From contig NZ_VITR01000004.1 of NCBI RefSeq assembly GCF_007827955.1, forward strand, positions 135,099 through 199,098: DNA of 64,000 bases, read 5' to 3'. The first letter of the stretch is position 1. Each line of letters begins with the position of its first letter. The notes below the pieces were generated by a model. It ran no database searches, had not been told where the DNA came from, and worked only from the letters and a program-made list of their open reading frames with translations. The DNA comes from Nitrospirillum amazonense. Lineage in GTDB: Bacteria > Pseudomonadota > Alphaproteobacteria > Azospirillales > Azospirillaceae. The translations under genes were made by a program, and so were the position numbers. Positions 45,695-55,939 of the stretch are shown piece after piece.

Positions 45695-46591
45695 ATGCCG
45701 GAAGCGGTCAACCTCAACCGCCTGGCCTACTTCGCGGCGGTGGTCGACACTGGGTCCTTCACCCGGGCGGCGGAGCGGCTGGGTGTGACGAAAACGGTGG
45801 TCAGCCAGCAGGTCGCCCGACTAGAGGCCGAGGTCGGGACCAGCCTGCTGATCCGCACGACGCGGCGGGTGGAGCCGACAGAGGCGGGCCGCACCCTGCA
45901 TGCCCGCTGCGTCATGATCCTGCGGGAGGCCGACATCGCGTTCAGCGAACTGGCGCAGTCGAACAGCATCCCCAGCGGCACGCTCCGCGTCACGGCGCCC
46001 AACGATTACGGGTGCAACGTCGTTGCCCCGCTGGTGGGCCGCTTCACCGCCCGTTATCCAACCTGCGCCGTAGACTTGATCATCGCCGATGCGAAACTGG
46101 ACCTTGTCCAGGAACAGATCGACCTGTCGATCCGGGTGGGGTGGCTGGATGGTTCCAGCCTGCAGGCCCGGCGCATCGGGGCGTTCCGCCAAGTCCTGGT
46201 GGCCGCGCCGGCCTTGGCCGACAAGGTCACCGCGACGGATCCGGACGCGCTGCCCTCCTGGCCATTCATCGCCAACACCGCGCTTCGCGATCCGTTGCTG
46301 TGGCATTTTTCACGCAACGACCTGGAGCGGCGTGCCGTCCCCATGAGGGCCGCGGTGAGCATGAACGTCACGCCCGCCGTTCTGGCAGCGACCCGGGCCG
46401 GCGGGGGCATGTCCATATTGCCCGACTACCTAGTCGCCGATGATCTCAAGGCTGGCAGCCTGGTGCGGCTTCTGCCGGAGTGGGACTTGCCCGCCGGCGG
46501 CATTTACGCCGTCTATCCCCCGGCACGCTACAGGCCGGCCAAGGTGACCGCCTTTGTCGCCATGCTGATTGACGCCGTGAAGGCCACCTGA
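45695..46591 (+). CDS. LysR family transcriptional regulator
   Basis: wHTH LNRLAYFAAVVDTGSFTRAAERLGVTKTVVSQQVARLE. Divergent from the DsbA-like/hydrolase pair. Confidence 0.85.
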   Translation: MPEAVNLNRLAYFAAVVDTGSFTRAAERLGVTKTVVSQQVARLEAEVGTSLLIRTTRRVEPTEAGRTLHARCVMILREADIAFSELAQSNSIPSGTLRVTAPNDYGCNVVAPLVGRFTARYPTCAVDLIIADAKLDLVQEQIDLSIRVGWLDGSSLQARRIGAFRQVLVAAPALADKVTATDPDALPSWPFIANTALRDPLLWHFSRNDLERRAVPMRAAVSMNVTPAVLAATRAGGGMSILPDYLVADDLKAGSLVRLLPEWDLPAGGIYAVYPPARYRPAKVTAFVAMLIDAVKAT

Positions 46592-46671
46592 CACCTATGC
46601 CGAGGGCAGGGCGCCGCCCCCGATGACGGGGGCGGCGTGACCGGATGCCAGCCGGTCAGAACTCGGCGCGA

Positions 46672-49290
46672 TTAAAACTTGGCGCGGACGCCGGCGGTAT
46701 AGCGCCGGCCGTAGTAGTAGATTTCCCGCGCCTGGGTGGGGGTGTTGCCATAGTTGTACAGGGCGGCACCCAACAGGTTGGTACCCTCCAGGGTCAGCGT
46801 GATGTTGTCCGTCACGGCATAGCTGAGGCTGGCGTCCAGCGTGCCGTAGGCGTCGACATTGGTGTCGGAGCTGACCTCGTTGCCGAACCCGCTCATGTAC
46901 GCGCTGCGCCAGGAATAGCTGAGGCGGGCGCCGAAGGGGCCGTAGTCGTAGAAGCCCACGAGGTTGTAGCTGTTGTTGGACAGGCCGGGCAGCTGGTCCC
47001 GGACGGTGCGGGTCCCGGTGACGAACAGGGTTGTCACGTCGGCGTGGGTGAAGTTCGCCTGCAGCCCCAGGCCATCAAAGGGGGCGGGCAGGAAGGTCAT
47101 GACCTGCTGATAGGCCAGTTCGAAGCCCCGGACCTCCGCGTTGCCACCATTGGCCAGGGTGGTGATGCGGATGTCACCCCGGCCGGGGATGTTGATCTCG
47201 GTGTTCTTGGCGGTGATGTAGCTGTCCAGCTGCTTGTAGAACACGCCGCCGGTCAGCGACGCGTCCTTGCGGAAGTACCATTCCAGCGTGGCGTCGTACT
47301 GGGTCGCCATGTACGGGGACAGGTTGGGGTTGCCGCCGCTGCCGGTCGGCGCGTCGTTGGAGATGCTGAGGCGGGGCGCGATGTCGCCCAGGTTCGGCCG
47401 GGTCAGCACCCGCGCCACGCTGAAGCGCGAGACCAGATCGTCGGTCAGGTCGGCCTTAAGGTTCATGCTGGGCAGCAGGTCGGTGTAGTTCTTCTCATAG
47501 CGCACTGGCGTCGCGGTGACGCCGTTGGTGGCGTAGCCGCTGGAAACCTGCTTGGTGTCCACCACGCGCAGGCCGGCGTTGCCGGTCAGCGGAATGCCCG
47601 CCAGGAACGTCTTCATGTTCAGCCGGCCATAGCCCGCCAGGGTCTCTTCCGTGACCTTGAAGCCGTTGGCCAGGTCGGCGGCCGTCAGCGGCGCGTTCAG
47701 TAGCGAATTGTCGAAGTAGTTGGCGAAGAAGGCGCGGCCGTTGGGCACCAGCCAGGTGCGCGGGAAGTTGCCGCTGAAGCCGCTCATGAAGTCGGAATAG
47801 GGGAAGGATTCGAACAAGGAGGAGGGGAAGGCCCCGCCGGCGACACCCTTGACCCCCGCCTCGCTCACCAGGTCGCGGCGAAAATAGTCACGCTCCCGCT
47901 CCCGGTATTCCCCACCCAGCACGAGGCTGGACAGGGGGCCCACGTTCAGGTCGCGGGTGACGTCCAGGCGGCCACCCCAATCGTAATCCTTGCTGTCCTC
48001 ATCCCGGTATTCCAGGCGGCGGCCGACAAAGCTGGACGGGCTGTTGAGGTTGACCGGGGTGACCAGGTCATAGGCGGCCTCGTACCCCCGGGTGAAATCC
48101 ATGGTCAGCGGCAGGTAGACCTGCAAACGGCTGCGGTGGATGGGGTCATCGGTGACGCTGTGCGCGGAGGAGTAGGAGAAATCGCCGTCCACCGTCCAGG
48201 GACCGTCGGTCCATTTCTGGTTCAGGCCGGCGACGAACAGGTCGTGCCGCTGGCCGGACGTCTCGCGGGACGCCATGGTGAAGACGTTATTGAAGGTACC
48301 GCGCACCATGGTGCCGTCAGCGACGGTGAAGGTGCCCGCCGCCGGCTTCACCGCGCTGTCGCCCGGATAGAAGTCGATGCCATATTCGTCGTAATTGTCC
48401 TTGAGACGGGAGAACAGCACGTCGACATTGGTTTCCCAATGGTCATTGGGCTGCCACTGCAAGGCGCCATCGACCGTGTAGCGGCGGCGATCCTCCTGCT
48501 CGATGGTCGGGCGGATGCGGGTGGGGGTCCAGGTGTCGCCGCCGAAGTAGGGGTCCCAGGCCTTGGTGATCTGCCAGCCCGTGCTGTACTCGCGATCCTG
48601 CCGCACCGACCGCTCCATATAGGAGGCGGCCAGCAGCACGCCCAGGTCCCGGTTGGCGTTCACCCACGAGGCGATGCCGGACACGGACGGGTCGATGCGG
48701 TCGCGCAGGTCGGAATAGCTGCCCTGGGCGTTGACGCTGGCGGTGGTGCCCAGGTCGAAGGGGTGGAAGGTCAGGACGTTGATGTTGCCGCCGATGGCGC
48801 CCTCGTTCATGTCGGCGGTGGGCGACTTCTGCACGTCGATGCGGGACACCAGTTCGGACGGCAGGACGTCATAGCGGAACTGGCGGCCGTTCACGCCGCC
48901 GTTCTCCACGTTTTCGTTCACCGCGATGCTGCGGCCATTCAGCTGCGTGGTCTGGAAGTTGGAGGCGAAGCCCCGGACGGCGATGTCCAAGCCCTCGCTG
49001 CGGCTGCGGGTCATGGTGATGCCGGTGACCAGCTGCAGCGCCTCCGCCACGTTCTGGTTGGGGAACTTGCCGATGTCCTCGGCCGACACCGAGTCCACCA
49101 CCTGGTCCGCCTCGCGCTTGACCTCGCTGGCCGTCTGCAGGCTATGGCCATAGCCGGTGACGACCACCTCCTGAATCTGATCCACCGCTGCCGGCGTCTC
49201 ATCCGCGCGGGCGATGAAGGGAACAAGGCAGAAAATCAGCGGCACGGCGGTGCGGCGCAGCAGAACGCTCCGGGACATCGTCAAATTCAT
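46672..49290 (-). CDS. TonB-dependent outer-membrane receptor
   Basis: Signal peptide, then TonB box (ETPAAVDQIQEVVVTG), plug domain, and a 22-strand barrel ending in aromatic ...GVRAKF. Confidence 0.9.
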   Translation of the reverse strand: MNLTMSRSVLLRRTAVPLIFCLVPFIARADETPAAVDQIQEVVVTGYGHSLQTASEVKREADQVVDSVSAEDIGKFPNQNVAEALQLVTGITMTRSRSEGLDIAVRGFASNFQTTQLNGRSIAVNENVENGGVNGRQFRYDVLPSELVSRIDVQKSPTADMNEGAIGGNINVLTFHPFDLGTTASVNAQGSYSDLRDRIDPSVSGIASWVNANRDLGVLLAASYMERSVRQDREYSTGWQITKAWDPYFGGDTWTPTRIRPTIEQEDRRRYTVDGALQWQPNDHWETNVDVLFSRLKDNYDEYGIDFYPGDSAVKPAAGTFTVADGTMVRGTFNNVFTMASRETSGQRHDLFVAGLNQKWTDGPWTVDGDFSYSSAHSVTDDPIHRSRLQVYLPLTMDFTRGYEAAYDLVTPVNLNSPSSFVGRRLEYRDEDSKDYDWGGRLDVTRDLNVGPLSSLVLGGEYRERERDYFRRDLVSEAGVKGVAGGAFPSSLFESFPYSDFMSGFSGNFPRTWLVPNGRAFFANYFDNSLLNAPLTAADLANGFKVTEETLAGYGRLNMKTFLAGIPLTGNAGLRVVDTKQVSSGYATNGVTATPVRYEKNYTDLLPSMNLKADLTDDLVSRFSVARVLTRPNLGDIAPRLSISNDAPTGSGGNPNLSPYMATQYDATLEWYFRKDASLTGGVFYKQLDSYITAKNTEINIPGRGDIRITTLANGGNAEVRGFELAYQQVMTFLPAPFDGLGLQANFTHADVTTLFVTGTRTVRDQLPGLSNNSYNLVGFYDYGPFGARLSYSWRSAYMSGFGNEVSSDTNVDAYGTLDASLSYAVTDNITLTLEGTNLLGAALYNYGNTPTQAREIYYYGRRYTAGVRAKF

Positions 49291-49395
49291 CCTGTCAGGA
49301 GGGGTAGGCGATGCGCGGGACGTATAAGCGGCGGGCGATAAATTATTTTTTAAAAATGATTAAATAATTGCGACCGTTGCAGAATTATAGTGCGT

Positions 49396-49511
49396 CCAGT
49401 GGAACGGGCGACACCATGCAACCGTCCGCGCGACGCTTGCGCAAGCGGGGCCGCAGCTCCGGCCAGTAGCATTGGAATGTCGCACTTCGGGATTGACCCA
49501 CCCCGCCTACA
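49396..49511 (-). ncRNA. Possible cobalamin-riboswitch-like leader upstream of the TonB-dependent receptor (weak)
   Basis: Read on the minus strand: ...TAGGCGGGGTGGGTCAATCCCG...CCGGAGCTGCGGCCCCGCTTGCGCAAGCG...GTCGCCCGTTCCACTGG. This resembles the GGTG..AATCC / CCGGAGCTGCCCCCGC..AAGCG / GCCACTG (B12-box) blocks of cobalamin riboswitches. Spacing is atypical and the B12 box has one mismatch. Confidence 0.25.
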
Positions 49512-49543
49512 AACCATAGACCGATAATCTATCTTATGGAAAA

Positions 49544-50056
49544 TTATCGGACAGTGCTCTCGGCCGGTACCGGGCTCAGCGCCTTGGCTTGCCGCATTAC
49601 GACCAAAGTTTTGAAATTCCTCACATTCTCATCATCCAACAGGATGCGCCGCGTCAGTTCATCGTATCCTTCCATATCGCGGGCGACGATGCGCAAGGCG
49701 AAGTCATGGTCGCCCGTGACGTACCAGGCCTCCACCACCTCCGGTACGGTGGCGATCTTGCGCATGAACTGATCGATGGCGTGGCCGCCGCCGGCATCGC
49801 TGGCGCGGCCGCTATCCCGCTCCAAGGTCACCAGCACCACCATGGTCAGGGGCCAGCCCAAGGTGCGCGGGCGGACGATGGCGATCTCGCGCTCAATGGC
49901 GCCAACCTCGCGCAGGCGGCGAATACGGCGATAGCAGGCGGGCCCCGACAGCCCAACCCGTTCCGCCAGAACCGGCATGGGCACGCGGCTGTCGGCCTGC
50001 AACTGCTCCAACAGTTTATGGTCGATGGCGTCCAGGTCGTGGTCTGGCATGGGCAT
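49544..50056 (-). CDS. Lrp/AsnC family transcriptional regulator
   Basis: HTH (LDAIDHKLLEQLQADSRVPMPVLAERVGLSGPACYRRIRRLRE) plus a RAM domain. Confidence 0.8.
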   Translation of the reverse strand: MPMPDHDLDAIDHKLLEQLQADSRVPMPVLAERVGLSGPACYRRIRRLREVGAIEREIAIVRPRTLGWPLTMVVLVTLERDSGRASDAGGGHAIDQFMRKIATVPEVVEAWYVTGDHDFALRIVARDMEGYDELTRRILLDDENVRNFKTLVVMRQAKALSPVPAESTVR

Positions 50057-50198
50057 CCGCTTGCTGGGGCGCCGAAGAAGGCATTGAGCGATAAATATTA
50101 TCGCCATACGCCAATAAATGACACGTTTGGGCGCTGCCGACCGCTAAACTATGGCGCAAAATTGTCCTCGCGTCGCCCCTCGTCCGTCGGTTTCCCCC

Positions 50199-51107
50199 AT
50201 GTCCCACGATGCCGTCCTGCCCCCGCCCACGGGATTGAGCCGCCTGTCCTCCTTCCTGCCCATGGCCGCCTTGTTCGCCGCCATGGTGTCGGTCACCACC
50301 GGCGCCTCCATCGCCAAGACGTTGTTCCCGGTGACCGGCGCGCAGGGCACCACGGCGCTGCGCTTGACCACGGCCGCCATCATGCTGACGCTGCTGCTGC
50401 GGCCCTGGCGGCTGCGCCTGACGCGGGCCGACTGGGGGCCGCTGCTGGCCTATGGCGGCGCCATGGCCTTTATGAATTCCCTGTTCTACCAGTCCTTGCA
50501 AACCATCCCGGTCGGGGTGGCCATCGCGCTGGAGTTCACGGGACCGCTGGGCCTGGCGATGCTCTCATCCCGCCGCAGAGCCGACTTCCTGTGGATCGGG
50601 CTTGCCATCCTGGGCCTGATGCTACTGTTGCCGATGGAGCGGGCGACAGCCGAACTGGACCCGGGCGGTATTGCCTACGCGCTGGGCGCGGGCCTGTTCT
50701 GGGCGCTCTATATCGTGACCGGCAAGAAGGTCGGGACCGCCCATGGCACCCAGGTGACGGCCATCGGCACCCTGGTCGCGGCTTCGCTGGTGTTGCCGGT
50801 TGGCCTGGTCAAGACCGGCGCCGCCACCCTGTTCCAGCCCGCCATCCTGGGCAGCGCCGTCATGGTCGGGGCGCTGTCCAGCGCCCTGCCCTACACGCTG
50901 GAGATGTTCGCCATGCGGCGCCTGCCGGCGCCCACCTTCGGTACGCTGACCAGCGCTGAACCGGCGGTGGGCGCGCTGATGGCCATGCTGCTGCTGGGGG
51001 AGGCGCTGTCGCCCGCCCATTGGGCGGCCATCGCCATCATCATGGCGGCCTCCATCGGCGCGACGCTCACCGCCCGCCGCTCCGCGCCCCCCTTGCTACC
51101 GGAATGA
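50199..51107 (+). CDS. EamA/DMT family transporter
   Basis: Ten hydrophobic helices in two EamA repeats (…FYQSLQTIPVGVAIALEFTGP…; …YTLEMFAMRRLPAPTFGTLTSAEP…). Confidence 0.8.
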   Translation: MSHDAVLPPPTGLSRLSSFLPMAALFAAMVSVTTGASIAKTLFPVTGAQGTTALRLTTAAIMLTLLLRPWRLRLTRADWGPLLAYGGAMAFMNSLFYQSLQTIPVGVAIALEFTGPLGLAMLSSRRRADFLWIGLAILGLMLLLPMERATAELDPGGIAYALGAGLFWALYIVTGKKVGTAHGTQVTAIGTLVAASLVLPVGLVKTGAATLFQPAILGSAVMVGALSSALPYTLEMFAMRRLPAPTFGTLTSAEPAVGALMAMLLLGEALSPAHWAAIAIIMAASIGATLTARRSAPPLLPE

Positions 51108-51123
51108 GGTTCGCGGCCGCGCG

Positions 51124-51954
51124 TCACGTGCCGGGTTTACGGCAATAGTCGCCCAGCGTATAGGCCGCGCGGATCTCATAGGCGCGGCTGGGCTTCAGGA
51201 TAAACTCGCTGGCGCCATACCGCACGGCGCCATCCGGCGCGCCGGCCTGGGGATGCCAGTCATAGGTATAGCCCAGGCGGGTCCAGGGGGCGCCGCCCTC
51301 CACATAGTTCACGCGCATGTTGCGGGCGAACCAGTCCCAGTAGCCTTGCTTTTCCAGGCAGGTGGCGTCCCCCGCCGCACACTCGGGCCGGGCCACGGTG
51401 GATGAGGAATCGAGGGTGCAGTGGGCGGCCGTGACGTCCATGTCGGGACAGGGACGCGCCAAGTCCTCCGGCGCCACCCACATCTCCACCACCTCCGAAT
51501 AGTCCCGGGTGGGATCCAGGCCCAGATACTGCTTCACCCGGTCCGCCTTGGCGGTGGCATCACCGGCGACGCCCGCGCAAAAGTCGTGCAACTGCGGCAC
51601 GGCCGTGACCCACATGGTCCCCCAGCTCGCAGGCGACGTACCGCCCGTCTTGCCGGCGTAATATTTCTCATAGGCCGCCGTCGCCATGGTCGACGCCACC
51701 AGCACCTGGCGGCCATGGGGGCCGTCACGCCACGTCAGCCGGGTATTGTCGGGGACCAGGCGCACCAGATCGGGTCCGATCAGGTCGGGCCGGGCAACCG
51801 CCGCCGCGTTCAGGGAGCGGGCGAACAACTGCGTCGGTGTGGTGTTGGCCCCGGACTGCGAAACAGCAGGGCCCTGCCCGGTCGCGGCGCAGCCCGCCAG
51901 CATCATCAAGGCCGTCGCCCAAACCACCCCGTTCCCGCGCATCTCGTCCCCCAT
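51124..51954 (-). CDS. Cys-rich lipoprotein of unknown function
   Basis: Lipobox MMLAGC. Eight cysteines in the mature part. Same strand as the Che cluster and ~100 nt downstream of it. No recognized domain. Confidence 0.45.
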   Translation of the reverse strand: MGDEMRGNGVVWATALMMLAGCAATGQGPAVSQSGANTTPTQLFARSLNAAAVARPDLIGPDLVRLVPDNTRLTWRDGPHGRQVLVASTMATAAYEKYYAGKTGGTSPASWGTMWVTAVPQLHDFCAGVAGDATAKADRVKQYLGLDPTRDYSEVVEMWVAPEDLARPCPDMDVTAAHCTLDSSSTVARPECAAGDATCLEKQGYWDWFARNMRVNYVEGGAPWTRLGYTYDWHPQAGAPDGAVRYGASEFILKPSRAYEIRAAYTLGDYCRKPGT

Positions 51955-52049
51955 ACCCGCGTTATCCGTCAAAGGTATGGCGGAAAGAGGCCGAGTTTGC
52001 AACCTGCGCGCAACATTAAATCAGTTTATGCGCGCTATAATGGGAGGGC

Positions 52050-54866
52050 TCAGAAAGTACGCTGCCGCACCTCCAGGATGCCGCGGATCTTGGCCGCCAG
52101 CTCGTCCATGGCGAACGGCTTCATCACCATGTCCATGCCCTCATCCAGGAAATCGCCGCGTACGGCGGCATTGGCGGCATAGCCGGTAACGAACAACACC
52201 GGCAGATCCGGCCGCCGCCGCCGCGCGATCTCCGCCAGCTGCCGTCCGTTCAGGCCGGGCAGGCCCACATCGGTGATCAGCAGGTCGATCTGGCTGGACG
52301 ATTCGATGACGCTCAAGGCGCCGCGTCCATCGGCGGCGTGAAGCGCCGTGTAGCCCAGCTCCTGCAACACATCCAGGACCAGCAGGCGGACGGACTCGTC
52401 GTCCTCCACCACCAGCACGATCTCCCCCGCCCCTTCCGGCGTCTCCCCCATGCCGGCCATGCCGGCCTCATGGGCGTCGTCCCCGCCATCACAGGGCAGG
52501 TACAGGGTGATGGCCGTGCCGCGCCACATCTCACTGTCGATGCGCACGTGGCCGCCCGTCTGCTTGACGAAGCCGTAGATCATGGAGAGCCCCAGGCCGG
52601 TTCCCTGGCCGATGGGCTTGGTGGTGAAGAAGGGATCGAAGGCCTTGGCGACCACATCCGGGGGCATGCCCATGCCGGTGTCGCTGACCCGGATCATGAT
52701 GTAGTCCCCTGCCGTCAGCCCGTCATGGCGGGCGGCGTAGGCCCGGTCCAGCGTGGCCCTCCCCGTCTCTATGGTCAGGATGCCGCCGTCCGGCATGGCA
52801 TCGCGGGCGTTGATGGCCAGGTTCAGGATGGCGCTTTCCAACTGGTTCGCGTCACTGCGCGCCGCCACCAGGTTTTCCGCCATGCCGACGCGCAGCTCAA
52901 TCTGTTCGCCCAAGGTGCGGCGCAGCAGATCCTCCATGGATCGCACCAGGCCATTGACGTCGATGGGCTTCGGGTCCAGCGATTGCTGGCGGGAGAACGC
53001 CAGCAGGCGATGGGTCAAGGCCGCCGCCCGCTGGGCGGAGGCCATGGACGCGTCCATGAACCGGTCCAGGTCGCTCAGCCGCCCTTGGGAAATGCGGCGG
53101 CGCACGATATCCAGGCCGCCGATGACCCCCATCAGCATGTTGTTGAAGTCGTGGGCCAAGCCGCCTGTCAGTTGGCCCACGGCCTCCATCTTCTGGGCCT
53201 GGCGCAGCTGTTCCTCGGTCTGGCGCAAGGTGTCGGCGCGCTGCTTGTCCTCGGTGATGTCGCGACCATAGGCGTAAACCAGGTCGCCCTCCTTCGAGGT
53301 GTTCCAGGAAACCCACCGTAAGCTGCCGTCCTTGTGCAGCAGGCGGTTCTCGAAATTGGTCAGGTTCTGGTCATGGATGGCGCCGCTCAGCGCGTCCTCC
53401 GTGACGGCAAGATCCTCGGGATGAACGAAGCCCTGCACCTGCCGGCCCTTCACCTCATCCACGTCGTATCCCAGGATGGCCGTCCAGGAGGGGCTGGCCG
53501 ACCGGCAGACGCCATCGGCGCCGATGATCACCAGCAGGTCGCGGGAGTTGTTCCAGACGCGGTCGCGTTCCCGCGTCCGCTCCTCCACCCGCGCCTCCAG
53601 CGTCTCCGCGAACTGGCGCAGCTTCTCCTCCGCATCCTTGGACGCGGTGATGTCGTAAATGACGCCGATGAATCGGCTACCTGGGCCTTGGCGGCCATCG
53701 CGATCCCGCTGGCCATCGCGCCGGTGCTCACCCCGCTGGGCCAGCCAACGGACCTCCCCGGTATCGGGGCGCCGGACGCGGAATTCACGATACGGCGGCG
53801 CCGTCTCCCCGCTGTCCATGCTGGTGATCAGCGGGGCATCGTCGGGATGGACCACGGCGTTGACGGTGCGCACCGGCAACGCCGTGGTGGGGTGCAGGCC
53901 CAGCAAAAGACAGAACTGTTCCGATACCGAAACGGTGCCGAAGCCGCTGATGTACTCGAACGTTCCCACACCGCCGGCGGTTTGCGCGACGCGCAACTGC
54001 TCTTCGACCCGCTTCTGCTCGGTGACATCAGCCAGCACGCCGCGGAACCGGCAAGCCGTCCCATCGGCCAGACGGTCGGCGCTGCCGCGGGCGGAAACCC
54101 AGTGGACCGCGCCATCGCGGCCCACCACGCGATAATCCTTGGCGAAAACGTCGGCGCCATGCATCACCCCGGCCACGGCGATGCGGATGCGCATGCGGTC
54201 ATCGGTGTGGATGGAATCGAAAAAGGCGTCGGTGGGCAGCCCGTTGCCGGCCTCCACCGGATCCAAACCGTACAACTCGGCGAAACGGGCATCCGCATAC
54301 AATCGCCCGCTGGCCACGTCCCATTCCCAGGCCCCGGCTGTGCCCCCGACCACCTGGGCCAGGCGCGCCCGTTCCTTGGCGTCGGCCAGGGCCTGCCGGC
54401 TGGCCGTAAGTTCCGCCTCCACCTCCAGCCGGGCCAGTTCCAGGGTCTGGTCGGAATGGGTCCAAAGGACGTAAGGCGCGATACCCTGCGCGTCCAGCAC
54501 TGGAGTCAGACGTACGCGATCCCAGAACACGCTGCCGTCCCGGCGCACCACCCTCAGGTCCGCGGTCAAGGCCCGGCAGGCGGCCAAGGCCTGTTCGATG
54601 CCCGACAGGACGGCGGGATCGGCATCGGCGGCGGCAAGGAAACCGAAGGGGCGGCCGGCCAGATCACCGGCCGCATGGCCGGTCAGACGCTCGAACGCCG
54701 GGTTGGCGAAAACCAGGGGCTCGCCCGGACGGCGATGGTCGGTGATGGTCAGGGCCATGCCGGATTGCACCAGCGTGTCCAGCAGCGGGCCGCATAAGGC
54801 GCGCAGTTCCGTTGGCACGCTGCCCTCACGCTCCATCATGACCAATGCCTCCGCTCGGCCACTCAT
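52050..54866 (-). CDS. Multi-PAS hybrid sensor histidine kinase/response regulator (CheS-like output kinase)
   Basis: Four or more PAS/PAC repeats, HisKA (LAHDFNNMLMGVIGGLDI), HATPase_c (GTGLGLSMIYGF) and a C-terminal REC (LVVEDDESVRLLVLDVLQELGY...DVGLPGLNGRQLA). Confidence 0.85.
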   Translation of the reverse strand: MSGRAEALVMMEREGSVPTELRALCGPLLDTLVQSGMALTITDHRRPGEPLVFANPAFERLTGHAAGDLAGRPFGFLAAADADPAVLSGIEQALAACRALTADLRVVRRDGSVFWDRVRLTPVLDAQGIAPYVLWTHSDQTLELARLEVEAELTASRQALADAKERARLAQVVGGTAGAWEWDVASGRLYADARFAELYGLDPVEAGNGLPTDAFFDSIHTDDRMRIRIAVAGVMHGADVFAKDYRVVGRDGAVHWVSARGSADRLADGTACRFRGVLADVTEQKRVEEQLRVAQTAGGVGTFEYISGFGTVSVSEQFCLLLGLHPTTALPVRTVNAVVHPDDAPLITSMDSGETAPPYREFRVRRPDTGEVRWLAQRGEHRRDGQRDRDGRQGPGSRFIGVIYDITASKDAEEKLRQFAETLEARVEERTRERDRVWNNSRDLLVIIGADGVCRSASPSWTAILGYDVDEVKGRQVQGFVHPEDLAVTEDALSGAIHDQNLTNFENRLLHKDGSLRWVSWNTSKEGDLVYAYGRDITEDKQRADTLRQTEEQLRQAQKMEAVGQLTGGLAHDFNNMLMGVIGGLDIVRRRISQGRLSDLDRFMDASMASAQRAAALTHRLLAFSRQQSLDPKPIDVNGLVRSMEDLLRRTLGEQIELRVGMAENLVAARSDANQLESAILNLAINARDAMPDGGILTIETGRATLDRAYAARHDGLTAGDYIMIRVSDTGMGMPPDVVAKAFDPFFTTKPIGQGTGLGLSMIYGFVKQTGGHVRIDSEMWRGTAITLYLPCDGGDDAHEAGMAGMGETPEGAGEIVLVVEDDESVRLLVLDVLQELGYTALHAADGRGALSVIESSSQIDLLITDVGLPGLNGRQLAEIARRRRPDLPVLFVTGYAANAAVRGDFLDEGMDMVMKPFAMDELAAKIRGILEVRQRTF

Positions 54867-54902
54867 GCATGCCCCCCTGCCTTAAAGCCGTGGGCGAAAA
54901 CC

Positions 54903-55550
54903 TCAGCCGGCATTGCCATCCGTTCCCACCACCCGCGTGATGAATTCACTAATCAATTCTTTCAGGGACTGCAGCGATGGCAGGTCCATCAGCATGGCAA
55001 TGTAGCCGCGAATGTCACGGCCGCTGATGGCGAAATTTATGTACAGGAACAGGACAACGCCATTGTCGTCCGGCCTGTCGGACAGTTCGAACAGAATCTG
55101 ACCATCGCCGCGCAAGACCTGGGGCAGCGACATGGCCAGGGGCCGTTGCAGCATGTTGGCCATGGTGGCCAGGCAGCCGTTGAGAACGACGTTACCCGTT
55201 TCGGCCAGCGCCTCCTCCTCGATGTCCAACATCTCGGTCCCCGACAGCTCGTCATGGGTGACGGCGCGGACCAGTTCCAGGCTGTTGGTCTCGGGGAAAA
55301 TCAGCAGCGCGCGGCCGCTGAACGCCCCCGCGAAGTCCTGACGCACGGCGATCAACGGGTCGCTTTCCCGCTCCCGGATCAGGGTGGCCGCCACCCGGCG
55401 CCCCACCACTTCCACCGACGGCACCGATAGGATGACCGGACTGCCCACCATCTTGCGCAAGGCGACTGCCGCGCGGCTGACCCCGATATTGACCAGTTCG
55501 GTCAGCGCGTCATTTTCCAACTCATCCAGGGCTTGGGGATTATGGGTCAT
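54903..55550 (-). CDS. CheC/CheX-family chemotaxis phosphatase-like protein
   Basis: Two copies of the CheC D/ExxxExxN motif (DALTELVN...; EALAETGN...). Start overlaps the stop of the upstream REC gene. Confidence 0.65.
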   Translation of the reverse strand: MTHNPQALDELENDALTELVNIGVSRAAVALRKMVGSPVILSVPSVEVVGRRVAATLIRERESDPLIAVRQDFAGAFSGRALLIFPETNSLELVRAVTHDELSGTEMLDIEEEALAETGNVVLNGCLATMANMLQRPLAMSLPQVLRGDGQILFELSDRPDDNGVVLFLYINFAISGRDIRGYIAMLMDLPSLQSLKELISEFITRVVGTDGNAG

Positions 55551-55939
55551 CCATGCACCGCGCGCAGCTTCAGCGCTGCGCCGGCAACGAAATCGCGAAT
55601 GCCGTCCTCGGTGATGGGTTTGCTGACGAAGGTGGCGTTGGCCGCGCGGGCACGGGCCACCACTTCATCCTGAACATTGGCGGTGGCCAACGCGATCGGC
55701 ATGTCTGGATAACGGTGCCGCAGCTGTTCAGCCAATTCCAGACCGTTACGGCCCGGCATGTTGAAGTCCAGGACGGCCAGATCCACCCGCCTGTCCTGTA
55801 GGGTGGCCAAGGCCTCGTCGGCATTGCCCGCCTCTACCTTGGTCCATGTGGGTTGCAGCGCCGCCAAAGCCTTACCGACAACGATGCGCGCTAGTTTGCT
55901 GTCATCGACGATTAAGACCGTAGTACCCATGTCAACCAT
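55547..55939 (-). CDS. Single-domain response regulator (CheY-like)
   Basis: VLIVDDS...DLAVLDFNMPGRNGLELAEQL...SKP receiver-domain signature (Asp pocket, phospho-Asp, T/S and K). Confidence 0.8.
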   Translation of the reverse strand: MVDMGTTVLIVDDSKLARIVVGKALAALQPTWTKVEAGNADEALATLQDRRVDLAVLDFNMPGRNGLELAEQLRHRYPDMPIALATANVQDEVVARARAANATFVSKPITEDGIRDFVAGAALKLRAVHG

